Below are positions 27,015 to 40,602 of a stretch of DNA of 64,000 bases, one piece after another. The DNA lies in assembly GCA_964016885.1 (NCBI GenBank), contig OZ024760.1, positions 18,042,001 through 18,106,000 of the forward strand. Reading direction: 5' to 3'. The translations under genes were made by a program, and so were the position numbers. How positions within the stretch are numbered: position 1 is the first letter of the stretch; each line of letters starts with the position of its first letter. The notes under the pieces are model-generated. The model had not been told where the DNA came from. It made no database searches and saw only the letters and a program-made list of their open reading frames with translations. The DNA is from Eledone cirrhosa. Taxonomy: Eukaryota.

Positions 27015-28440
27015 ACATCATCATCATCATCATCATCATCATCACCATCATCATCATGATCTATATCATCATGATCTATATCATCATCATCAACATCTTC
27101 ATGTATATCATCATCATCATTATCTTCTATATATAGAATTATCAGCTTCATCATCATCATTTTCATCATTATCATCTACATCAGTATCATCATCATCATC
27201 TACATCGTTATCATCATCATCATCTACATTGTTATCATCATCATCATCATCTACATCATCTACATCGTTATCATCATCATCATCATCTACATCGTTATCA
27301 TCATCATCATCATCTACATTGTTATCATTATCATCATCATCTACATTGTTATCATCATCATCATCATCATCTACATCGTTATCATCATCATCATCATCTA
27401 CATTGTTATCATCATCATCATCATCTACATCGTTATCATCATCATCATCATCTACATCGTTATCATTATCATCATCATCTACATCATCTACATCGTTATC
27501 ATCATCATCATCATCTACATTGTTATCATCATCATCATCATCATCTACATCGTTATCATCATCATCATCATCTACATTGTTATCATTATCATCATCATCT
27601 ACATTGTTATCATCATCATCATCATCTACATTGTTATCATCATCATCATCATCTACATCGTTATCATCATCATCATCATCTACATCGTTATCATCATCAT
27701 CATCATCTACATTGTTATCATCATCATCATCATCTACATCGTTATCATCATCATCATCATCTACATCGTTATCATTATCATCATCATCTACATCATCTAC
27801 ATCGTTATCATCATCATCATCATCTACATTGTTATCATTATCATCATCATCTACATTGTTATCATCATCATCATCATCATCTACATCGTTATCATTATCA
27901 TCATCATCTACATCGTTATCATCATCATCATCTACATCGTTATCATCATCATCATCATCTACATTGTTATCATCATCATCATCATCTACATTGTTATCAT
28001 TATCATCATCATCTACATCATCTACATCGTTATCATCATCATCATCATCTACATTGTTATCATCATCATCATCATCTACATCGTTATCATCATCATCATC
28101 ATCTACATTGTTATCATCATCATCATCATCTACATTGTTATCATTATCATCATCATCATCATCATCTACATCGTTATCATCATCATCATCATCTACATTG
28201 TTATCATCATTATCATCATCTACATCGTTATCATCATCATCATCATCTACATTGTTATCATTATCATCATCATCTATATTGTTATCATTATCATCATCAT
28301 CATCTACATCGTTATCATTATCATCATCATCTACATCAGTATCATCATCATCATCTACATTGTTATCATTATCATTATCATCATCATCTACATTGTTATC
28401 ATTATCATCATTATCATCATCATCTACATCATTATTATCA
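27015..28440. repeat. (ATC)n-derived array with ctacat(c/t)gtt interruptions
   Basis: Direct inspection. Confidence 0.95.
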
Positions 28441-28699
28441 TAATTTTCAGTGTTGCAGTATATGTACAAAATATATTTGCATATTACAATTGTTTTGATA
28501 TCGACCAGCTCAGGGTAGAATCAAAATGATGGGGCCCACCTCTTCTTTGAGATCTTGTCAGATATGGGAGCTTATATGTGTAAAGACACAATGTACATGG
28601 ACTGAAGCATACATCTAGTATGCACCGCTTAACCACTATCCTCTCTCCCTCTTCCATACACCTCCCATACCCTAACACCCCCACCTACATCTGATCACA

Positions 28700-29085
28700 C
28701 TACTCTTACACTGTAAATCAAGATCAGCCAAGCTTATTGATGTTATCCAACCATCTTGCACAGGGTTTACTCCTGGGTCTCATGCAAGTTAGTTTTGCCC
28801 GTAAAATCTGTCCTGCGATTCTTTCCTGAGACATTCTAACCTCAAGCCCATAGTATTGGAGCCGTGATCCCTCAATTTGGAGAAGTAGCGGCTCTACCTA
28901 GAGTGATTCTCTGATCTCCGAGCTACGCACTCTGTCGAGTAACATTACTCCAAAGACCCTCCGAAAAACCCTATTTTGCCCACTTGTATTCACAATCATA
29001 TTCTTTCGGTCATTACCCAAGATTCGTGACCTTAGGTAAGAGCTGGCTCGAATACCAAATTGAAAACAGCGAGTTTGGTTTTTAC
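28700..29085 (-). mobile_element. Decayed RTE (Rex3/Expander-like) 3' fragment
   Basis: Broken frames give GHESWVMTERI, RRVFGVMLLDRVRSSEIRESL, VEPLLLQIE and RPRSKPCARWLDNI. Confidence 0.75.
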
Positions 29086-29633
29086 ACCTACCTATACCCA
29101 CTTTCTTCTGATTACAAAATATACAAAACAATAAAAAACTAGAACTTTCCAGAATATTGCAAAACATCATCTATCAATCTGATGAAACACGAATTAATTA
29201 AAAATAACTAAACGATGTTTTCTTCTTTCCAATAACGAATCAACAAGAAAGAGGAGACCACTACCTTTTTAAAATTTTCCTTTCTTTTTATTGGAAAATC
29301 TCTCCACAATTGTTATTATCTAATTATTTTTTATTTTTTCTTGAGTTTCAAAACGAAAATAATGGATAATTAAAAAAATATATTTTCATAAAGATATTAA
29401 TTTAATTTTCTATAAGTTATTAGCTTTAGTGATTATTTATAATTAGTGAAATTACATGAATACAATTCATAAAAAATATATATATAGTTATTGGGAAATA
29501 AATGGTAATATTTTTAAAAGACTGAGTAGTCACATGTATGGCTGTGTGGTTAAGAAGTTCATTCTGCTAGCACATGAAAAAATGGACGTATGATGATGAT
29601 GATATATATATATATTGTTATACTTTGTGGAGT

Positions 29634-29997
29634 GTCATATTGGTATCATATTGCCAGAAATAATAACAAAATACACTCACTGTTTCGTTTGGGTTGGTTT
29701 TTGCTTCTGTATATTTTATATCTCCATAGATATATTTAAATAAAATAAAAATGGTGTAGGCATTACAATACAACGGGAGGAAACATAATAGTACCACTGA
29801 TGATGTCACAGATGTGTGATGAAAGAACTTTGATAGGCTATATATATGTATTTTTAACCATTGGTCAATCAATGATAAACATTGATTGCCAAATAAATTA
29901 ACTATGGAGATATAAAAGATACAGAAGCGAAAACCAATCCAAACCAAACAGTGAGTGTGTTTTATTATTATTTCTGGCAATATTATAACAATATGAC
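29634..29997. mobile_element. Fold-back element with 96-bp inverted arms
   Basis: 29634-29729 is the reverse complement of 29902-29997 with scattered mismatches. Confidence 0.85.
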
Positions 29998-30809
29998 CCC
30001 CCCCCCCCACACACACACACACAAATATTTGTTTTGACACATGCTTTCATATAAAAAATCTTGCAAAACAAATATATATGTATATATATATATATGTCTA
30101 TGTGTCTGTCTCTTGTGTTGTCTTTATATTTGATATCACTAATGCCAGTGGTGGTAATATTTGTTTATGTCCTACATAAACAGAAGTTCCACAGCTCAGC
30201 AGTTAGATGTGCAAAGATCCATACAGCTCCATACTTTAATTCATAGAAAAAATAATCACCCAAAAACTGAGGATTGGCCTAAGGAAGGGCTTAAAAAAAA
30301 TCTTGTCCAACCCATGCCAGCAACATGGAAAAACAGACATGAAAACAATGAGGATGAAGACAAGAAAAAAAACAAGAAGAAAAAATATTTAAACCAGTCG
30401 TATCCAGCCAGAATCTCTCACCTCTTTCTGTTCAAACTGGCCGTAACTAGCCCCTCATACTGATGTTAAGGTATTGTTCTCAAAATAAATAATATCAAAA
30501 TCTCATAAATTCGATATTATGTGAGATAATTGTGTGAAAGAAAGCTTTTACCGTGAAAATACAATAGTATATATAGAGTAATGTAAATGTTATGTGAGAT
30601 ATTATATGAGGTAAAGCCTTTAGCATGAAAATACAATAGTAAATACAGAGTAATGTAAATGTTTTGTGAGATATTATGTGAGGTAAAGCCTTTACCATGA
30701 AAATACAATAGTAAATATAAAGTAATGTAAATACTAAAGGGTTAAACTGGAACAATTAGGATCAGTAGAAATAGAAATAAAAATATATTCGGTTACTTAC
30801 AGAACTTAC

Positions 30810-30864
30810 TTCAACTGTATTTCTGCTGAGGCTTCGTAAACTGAGAGCCCGGCTACGTAAACTG
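30810..30864 (-). CDS. Putative exon of gene B (SLRSRALSLRSLSRNTVE)
   Basis: Pyrimidine tract plus ttttgCAGCAG acceptor and GTAAGT donor. 55 nt, phase 2 to 0, compatible with both neighbours. Confidence 0.7.
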
Positions 30865-31814
30865 CTGCAAAATTGAGGCGTATAAAGAAAAAAAGGTAAT
30901 CATTGATATTGAAGGCAAAAAAAGAAAGAGTATCATCCAAAACATTGATTTAACATTGGAAGTGGGGGTAAAAATATAGAACTTTGATTTGACATTGGAA
31001 GTTGAAGGAAGTGAGGAAGCAATAGACTCAAGGGTAGGGCAGGCTGAAAAAAGGCATGAATACAACCCTCTCCTCTCTGAGTAATTTATGTGTCAAACTT
31101 ACCTTTGAGGCCCCAAAAAGAGTTGAGGGTACTTGCCTCCCATCTCTAGCTAATTTAGAGGTTAAGCTTACCTTCAAGGCCCAGAAAAGAGTTGGGGGTA
31201 CTTCCCCCCCCCCCCTCTCCCTGAGTAATCTAGCAGTTAAGCTTACCTTTGATCTGAGAAAGCTGGACTTCCATATCGTGCTGTGAGCAGTTGACTACGG
31301 AGACGAAGATAGTCCCTTCTGACATTGGGATCTCGCTGAAAATAGAGACAAAACCATATTTTAGGATATATTTCAGATAAAATAGATAAAACTATATTTT
31401 AGGATATATTTCAAATAAAATATATATACATATATATCAAGGTCAGCATTGCCTTTCATTCTCAAAAGTATGAAAAGTAAAGGTCAATGAAAAAAGTACC
31501 AGTCTTGTACTGGGGTCGATGTTGTTTCTAGTTGCATTATACACAAGACCTAGCAGAGCTTATCCCTTTTCCAGGTCTGAACACAGCCAATTCCTTCCAG
31601 AAGTGAAGAGAGAATGATTGAGAGAAAGTGAGAAAGAGATATGAAGGAATAATTGACCCCAGTACTCAACTGGTACCCTTTTTTAAATTTTTTTATTGAT
31701 TTTGAAAGGATGAAAGGCAAAGTTGACCTTGGCAGGAATTGAACTCAGAAAGCCGGATTGAATACTGCAAAGTATTCTATATCCAATGTTCTAATAACTC
31801 TGCTAAGTCATCTA

Positions 31815-32075
31815 CTATTTAGTAGAAACATGAGCATAAGAGGAATCAAATGCTGTGTGCAGGAGAGGAGGATGCGTTGGTATGGACATGTGATGCGTAT
31901 GAAGGATGACAGCTGCATAAAAAGGTGCAGAGTGCTGAAAGTTGATGGAAGCCAGGGAGTGGAGAGACCCAGGAAGACCTGGGATGAGGTGATAAAAGTG
32001 GACCTGACACAGGAACGTGAACTCTGGTGTCATGCAGTAATACAGAAGACCCGACCCCCCACGGGAACAAGCCGA
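31815..32075 (+). mobile_element. Old RTE 3' fragment
   Basis: VQERRMRWYGHVMRMKDDSCIKRC...RPRKTWDEVIK, paralogous to 50980-51220. Confidence 0.85.
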
Positions 32076-33971
32076 AGCTGAAGCATATAGACAATATGCC
32101 CCCCTCCCCCTCCCACCGCAAAGTGGTCGTGCAGGTGTCATGACAAAAAGCACCCAGCCCACACTATAAAGTGGATGTGTAGGCGCCATGGAAAAAAGGC
32201 ACCCAGCACTCACTGTAAATGAGGTTGGTGTTAGAAAGGACATCCAGCTGTAGATATCAAGCCAAAATCAGTTCCCGAATGAGCAAGACAAGGTCACCCG
32301 ACCTAGCACACTGCCCACAACAGGACAACCCGTCTAACCCATGATAGCGTGGAAGAATGAACATAAAACGGTGATGATGATGATGATGATTCTATATTTG
32401 ATGTTCTGCTAAGTCATCTACTATTTAATAGGAATATGTAACAAGCAGATGACGGGTTCCAAAATAAACATTAAGACAAGTAGTCTTGTACGCAAGTAAT
32501 GATGTGCCATATTATTTTGGTGCAGTTTCACCACATGCAGATCTTGGTGTTCTGAAGTGCTGTGGAAATGGTGCCAACATATTCAATAATTGTTTCTACT
32601 TTAGGCACAAGGCCAGCAATTACCCAGTACATTACTGGTACTTTATTTTATCGACTCCGTAAGGATGAAAGGCAAAGTCAACCTCGGCGGGATTTGAACT
32701 CAGATCGTAAAGGGACGTAACTATGCTGGAAAGCATGGCGTCCGACCCTCTACCGATACTGCCAATAATAGTTTGCTGTCTGGCTGGCTGGTTGGTTAGC
32801 TTGCTGGCTGGCAGGTTAGATGGTTGGCATAATGGTTGGTTGGCTGGATGGTTCTTTGGCTGGTTGGATGGCTGGTTGGTTGGTTGGTTTACTGGCTGAT
32901 TGGCTGGTTAGCTGGTCGACAGACTGGCTGGGTAACTGGTTAACTGGCTGGTTAGTTGGTTGGTTGGCTGCCTGGTAGGTTTGTTGGCTGGTTGGTTGGT
33001 ATAAAAGTAATGGTAGATAAAAATATATAAAAAAAAGGCATAGAAACTCATTAATATTCTGAGTTTTGTCGGTGAAGGAGGATGTGTTTTGGTTTGGGGT
33101 GTTTTCTCTTTCTTTTAATCTAAGAATAAGAACAGATAATGGCCTCATTGTTCTAATATCTTCCAGAAACATTGAAGAGGCGCAGCACTTCATATTCTTC
33201 AAAATAACCATTCTGCTTTCACTGGTGATAGTCAGCCTTTGGATTGTGGCCATACTGGAGCACAACCACAATAACTAGAGTTACTACAATGACTAAAGCC
33301 TCCATCACCACCACCACTATCACAACCACCACTACTACCACAACCACCACTACCACAACCACCACCACCATCACAACCACCGCCACTATCACCACTACCA
33401 CTACCACAACCATCACAACCACCACAACCACCACCACCATCACAACCACCACCACCATCACAACCACCACCACCATCACAACCACCACCACCACCACAAC
33501 CACCACCACCATCACAACCACCACCACTACCACAACCACCACCACAACCACCACCATCACAACCACCACCACCATCACAACCACCACCACTATCACAACC
33601 ACCACCACCACAACCACCACCACCAAAACAATATAATAAACCCCAGTACTATGATTCCACCCACCCCCCCTTATCTTTCTTTCATCAAAGGGCTAAGACC
33701 ACCTTGGCATAAAGGGATCTACTGCACATGAAGTAAACACTACAAGGAATGGTTGTTTCCGATGCTCTGACTTATCACTGATAAACAACAACAACAACAA
33801 CAACATTGACAATAACGACAACAACAACAACAACAACATTGACAATAACAATGACAACATATTTTGTTATTTAAACCTTTCATCACTTCTTTCATCTTAT
33901 ATCTATATGCATGTGTGTGTATATATATATATATGTATATATATGTATATATATATATATGTATATATATG

Positions 33972-34027
<56 letters not shown>

Positions 34028-34029
34028 GC

Positions 34030-34086
<57 letters not shown>

Positions 34087-34403
34087 GCATATATATATAT
34101 ATATATATGTATGTATATGTATATATATATATATATATATATGTATGCATGTATTCTTCGTGCAGAAGTCTACAACGAAAAAGAAGAGGATGAGATGGAG
34201 GAGAGAGATGGAGGAGAGAGAGGGGTGAGAGAGGGGGGGGAGAGGGGGGTTAAGTTGAATAGACATGGGTGGAGGTGGGAGGTGCATGGAGTGGAGCCAA
34301 ACTCTGCAGGTTTAGCAGACAAATTCATATATATATTACATGTGTGTATATATATATATATATACAAATATATATGTATATATATATATATGTGTACATA
34401 TAT

Positions 34404-34454
<51 letters not shown>

Positions 34455-34899
34455 CAAATATATATAAATAAATGTGTATGTATATATATATATGTATATA
34501 TATATATATAAATACATGTATATATATAGAGATATAAATATAAATACATGTATATATATAGAGATATAAATACATGTATATATATAGAGATATAAATATA
34601 AATACATGTATATATATAGAGATATAAATACATGTATATATATAGAGATATAAATACATGTATATATATAGAGATATAAATACATGTATATATATATATA
34701 GATATAAATACATGTATATATATAGATATAAATACATGTATATATATATAGATATAAATACATGTCTATATATATATAAATACATGTCTATATATATATA
34801 TAAATACATGTCTATATATATATATAAATACATGTATATATATATATATAAATACATGTATATATGTAGATATAAATACATGTATATATATAGATATAA

Positions 34900-34931
<32 letters not shown>

Positions 34932-36704
34932 AATGTGTGTATGTGTATATATACACACACAAATGTTAGAATTAGAACATACATTATCATTAAGTGGAAT
35001 TGTTTCTTTTTTTTTTTGCTTTTTGTTGCATCTTTTTTTACACCAAATTCCAAATTCTAGCAGAAATTGTAAGATTAACAACAACAACAGAAGAAGAAGA
35101 AGCAACAGTAAGATTAACAACAACAACAGCAGAAGAAGAAGCAACAGTAAGATTAACAACAGCAATAGTAACAACAACATCAACAGTAAGAACAACAACA
35201 ACCACAACAACAACCACCACCACCACAACCACCACAACCACAACCACAACAACAACCACAATAACCACAACCACCACAACCACAACAACCACAACTACCA
35301 CAACCACCACAACCACCACAGCCACAACCACAACAACCACCACAACCACCACAGCCACAACCACAACAACCACAACAACAACCACCACAACCACAACAAC
35401 CACAACCACAACAAACACCACCACAACCACCACAGCCACAACCACAACAACCACCACAACCACCACCACAACCACCACAGCCACAACCACAACAACCACA
35501 ACAACCACAATCACCACAACAACCACAACAACCACAACCACCACAACAACCACAACAACCACAACAACCACCACAACAACCACCACAACCACCACAACCA
35601 CAACCACAACAACCACCACCACAACCACAACAACCACAACAACAACCACCACCACAACCACAACAACAACAACCACCACCACAACCACAACAACCACAAC
35701 AACCACCACCACAACCACAACAACCACAACAACCACCACCACAACCACAACCACCACAACCACAACAACCACAACAACAACCACCACAACAACAACATGA
35801 TCTAATCTAGAACTGCTCAGCTTCACATGTCATCTATAGTTGTCTATATAATATCATTTACAGTCATTTAACAATGAACATAAGGATTAGTATTACTATT
35901 ACTACTGCTACTACTATTAGTACTATTACTGTTACTACTACTACTACTACTGGTACTACAACTATTATTAGTACAACTACTGCTACTACTATTAGTACTA
36001 CTACTGTTACTACTACTACTATTGGTACTACAGCTATTATTAGTACTACTACTGCTACTACTATTAGTACTACTACTGTTACTACTACTACTATTGGTAC
36101 TACAGCTATTATTAGTACTACTGCTGCTACTACTATTAGTACTACTACTGTTACTACTACTACTATTGGTACTACAGCTATTATTAGTACTACTGCTGCT
36201 ACTACTACTATTAGTACTGCTACCACTAGTATTACTACTACTACTACCACCACCACAACAGTTTCATGCAAGTTTCTCCTGCATCATCACGTGCATCTCC
36301 TTGTCATATTATTATTATTATTATTATTAGGGGCAGTGGATTAGGTAGATTAAATAAAGTACCAGTAATACACTGGGATCGATTCAATCAACTTTCCCCT
36401 CCCCCAAATTGCTGGCCTTGTGCCTAAATCAGAAACCATTATTATTATGGGGGGGGGGGGGGCATAAAATAAAGTACCAGTAATACACTGTGCCTAAAGT
36501 AGAAACAATTATTTGGAATGGCGGAGTCTATGTCTTTCTGGCTCTTTATATTCTGGGTTTAAACCTTTAGTGTTCAAACCAGCCAAAACCGGCCAGAATT
36601 CTCTACCTCTTTCTGTTGAAACTGGCTGTAACTGGTCACTCATACTGATGTTAAGGTATTGTTCTCAAAATAAATACTTTCAAAATCTCATAGATTCGAT
36701 ATTA

Positions 36705-37490
36705 TGTGAGATAATTATGTAAGATAAAGACTTTACCATGAAAATACAATAGTATATATAGAGTAATGTGAGATAATTATCTAAGGTAAAGCCTTTACTG
36801 TGAAAATACAATAGTATATATAGAGTAATGTGAATGTTATGTGAGATATTATGTAAGATAAAGCCTTTATCATGAAAATACAATAGTATATGTAGAGTAA
36901 TGTGAATGTTATGTGAGATAATTATGTAAGATAAAGCCTTTATCATGAAAATATAATAGTATATGTAGAGTAATGTGAATGTTATGTGAGATAATTATGT
37001 AAGATAAAGCCTTTATCATGAAAATATAATAGTATATGTAGAGTAATGTGAATGTTATGTGAGATAATTATGTAAGATAAAGCCTTTATCATGAAAATAC
37101 AATAGTATATATAGAGTAATGTGAATGTTATGTGAGATAATTATGTAAGATAAAGCCTTTACTGTGAAAATACAATAGTATATATAGAGTAATGTGAATG
37201 TTATGTGAGATAATTATGTAAGATAAAGCCTTTACTGTGAAAATACAATAGTATATATAGAGTAATGTGAATGTTATGTGAGATAATTATGTAAGATAAA
37301 GCCTTTACTTTGAAAATACAATAGTATATATAGAGTAATGTGAATGTTATGTGAGATAATTATGTAAGATAAAGCCTTTACTGTGAAAATACAATAGTAT
37401 ATATAGAGTAATGTGAATGTTATGTGAGATAATTATGTAAGATAAATTCTTTATCATGAAAATACAATAGTATATATAGAGTAATGTGAA
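36705..37490. repeat. 73-bp minisatellite (about 10 units) inside a piggyBac-type MITE
   Basis: Period 73 (37278 to 37351); bounded by the MITE ends. Confidence 0.9.
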
Positions 37491-37819
37491 TGCTAAAGGG
37501 TTAAATCCAACTTCACTTTCCATCCTTCTGCAGTTGATAAAATAAATTGCCAGTAAAGTACTGTGGCTTGATATAATCTTTTACAAAATTTAGTAAATGT
37601 AGAATTTAGAGTATCGTTTTCTATAGCAGCATTTAAGCATCTAATCTAACTACAGTTGAAGAAATCTCCATTTACCTATGGTACAATTACTTGACAACTG
37701 GATATTGTACAAAGACAGACTCAATTATTTCCCTTTATTATAGTTGTTTCTACTTTGGGCACAAGGCCAGCAATTTTCCCAGTGCATTACTGGTATCTTT
37801 AGTGATGCCACTCACCCTA

Positions 37820-38295
37820 TAAGTCACATCATATGTGGCCCACCTTATAATGAGCCACATCATATGTGGTCCACCTTATAATGAGCCACATCATATATGG
37901 TCCACCTTATAATGAGTCACATCCTATGTGGTCCACCTTATAATGAGCCACATCATGTGGCCCACCTTATAATGAGCCACATCATATGTGGTCCACCTTA
38001 TAATGAGCCACATCATATATGGTCCACCTTATAATGAGCCACATCATATGTGGTCCACCTTATAATGAGCCACATCCTATGTGGCCTGCTTTATGATAAG
38101 CCACATCATATGTGGTCCACCCTATGATGTGCCACATCCTATGTGGCCTGCCTTATGATAAGCTACAGCCTATGTGGCCCACTTTATAATGAACCACATC
38201 CTATGTGGCCTGCTTTATGATAAGCCACATCCTATGTGGCCCACCCTATGATAAGCCACATCATATGTGGCCCACCCTATGATGAGCCACATCCC
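37820..38295. repeat. 31-bp minisatellite, about 15 units
   Basis: Unit ccacatcatatgtggtccaccttataatgag with internal dyad ccacat/atgtgg. Confidence 0.9.
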
Positions 38296-38411
38296 TTGCT
38301 TGGTCGTTCACGCACATTTACATTCCACATCCAATGGAGCATGCTTGCTTCATTTCTCTCCAGCCGTCGCATATCTTCTGCAGTTGCTGCCCATGTCTCA
38401 CTACCATGCAG
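38296..38411 (-). mobile_element. Internal RTE fragment
   Basis: Reverse complement closely matches about 50830-50945 (LHGSETWAATAEDMRRLERNEASML). Confidence 0.85.
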
Positions 38412-39569
38412 ATATATATATATATATATATATATATCTATCAAATAATGGTAGTTAAGACGGAATTAAATCACCATAATTGTTTATTGCATTATATGTA
38501 TTTCTGTTGCATGGTTATTCATGTGACTTCGTCAGATTCTTACACAATCATTGTGATATGCCAGTGGCCATGCACATCTATCCAGTAGTGAAGTGATTTG
38601 GCATATGTATATATATACATATCTATACATATATGTATATATTAGAGAACTGGATTCACAATCGTGAGGTTGTCAGTTCGATTCCTGGACTGTGTGATGT
38701 GTTATGCCCTTGAACAAGATACTTTATTTCATGTTGCACCTTCAACCTGGAGTTGCGACCGATAGATAGTACTAGCAATTGGAAAGACTAACGGAAACAT
38801 TGTTTCCTCAGTCCGACTTGATGAAAGTCGATCAACAAAAAAATATAAGACAGGCAGCAATTAGAAATATGGTTACAAAGGGGTTAAATTAAAAATAAGA
38901 TACAATAAAAGGGCTAGAATTGTGTCATAAAATCAGGGTCAGTCCGCTGGAAGTTGGTACAAACTTAAAATGTAGAAGTTACACATCCTTGGTCTATGAC
39001 ATCGCACTGAAACATCTCCCAAAGATCAGAAGATATATATAGATATAAGACAGACAGAGGGTCAGTCCCCAGGAGGTTGGTATAAAAATGGTTAAGAGCC
39101 TTAAAATGGAGATGTTAAACATCTCTGGTCTATGGCATCCTACTGAAACCTCTCTCAAAGATCAGGAGATATATATATACACATATATATATAAAAGACA
39201 GACAGACAGAAAACAAAATGGAAGCAGGAAGAAGATAAACATGGCGAAGGTCAGCAAAAGGTTGTATCTGACGTAATAGAAACATTTGGCTATCTAATAT
39301 TGGCAGAGAAACAACAGAAGATATTGGAATAATATGTCTTAACACTGTCCTGACTGCATGTGATATAGAAGATAACACAGTTAGATACTACATACTATAT
39401 ATCATAACATCCAGCATTGAATTGATTATCTTGATGGGGGAAAAAAAAAGAGCTTAATTGTATATATTTTACATTTGTTTATTTATTATTATTAATATTT
39501 ATTTATTTGCTTTTATGACTTTACTACCGTACTGCAAATATTGAAAGTCAATTACATTTATAAAAGTTT

Positions 39570-40602
39570 TGTGAGAGAAGTGCCAGGAGGTCCCAGTGGA
39601 AGGAAGCTGCAGTAGAGGGAGACCAAGAAATCCCAGTGGAAGGAGGCTGCAGTAGAGGAAAGCCAAGAAAGATCTGGCCCCAAATATCTCAATAAAAGGA
39701 GGCTGGAATAGAGAGACCAAGAAGTACCTGGGCCAGATATCCTAATAAAAGGAGACTGCAGTAGAAAGAAACCATAGAAGACCTGGGCCCAGAAATCCCA
39801 ATGGGAGGAAGCTGTAGTAGAGGAAAGCCAAGAAGGATTTGGGCCCAGAAATCCCAGTGGAATGAAGCTGTAGTAGAGGAAAGCCAAGAAGGATTTGGGC
39901 CCAGAAATCCCAGTGGAATGAAGCTGTAGTAGAGGAAAGCCAAGAAGGATTTGGGCCCAGAAATCCCAGTGGAATGAAGCTGTAGTAGAAGAAAGCCAAG
40001 GAGGATTTGGGCCCAGAAATCCCAGTGGAATGAAGCTGTAGTAGAGGAAAGCCAAGAAGGATTTGGGCCCAGAAATCCCAGTGGAATGAAGCTGTAGTAG
40101 AGGAAAGCCAAGAAGGATTTGGGCCCAGAAATCCCAGTGGAATGAAGCTGTAGTAGAGGAAAGCCAAGAAGGATTTGGGCCCAGAAATACCAGTGGAATG
40201 AAGCTGTAGTAGAAGAAAGCCAAGAAGGATTTGGGCCCAGAAATCCCAGTGGAATGAAGCTGTAGTAGAAGAAAGCCAAGAAGGATTTGGGCCCAGAAAT
40301 ACCAGTGGAATGAAGCTGTAGTAGAAGAAAGCCAAGAAGGATTTGGGCCCATAAATTCCAGTGGAAGGAAGCTGCAACAGAGGGAAACCAAATAAGACCA
40401 GGGCCAGAAACTGCAATGGAAAGCAACTGTGGTAGAGGAAGACCAAGGAAGGACCTGGACAAGAAGTATTGAGAGTGGATCTGAAAATGTTGAACCTGAT
40501 AAAAGAAATGACAAATACAACAAAGAAAATAGAAGGAAGCTGTGTTGGAAAAGACCTGTCCAACCCATGGATAAAACAGGCCTAAAATAGATGATGATGA
40601 TG
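39570..40602 (+). mobile_element. Decayed RTE 3' end containing a 56-bp minisatellite (about 15 units)
   Basis: The unit gggcccagaaatcccagtggaatgaagctgtagtagaggaaagccaagaaggattt aligns to RTE 51060-51118. The flanks continue as RTE sequence to an (ATG)n tail. Confidence 0.8.
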
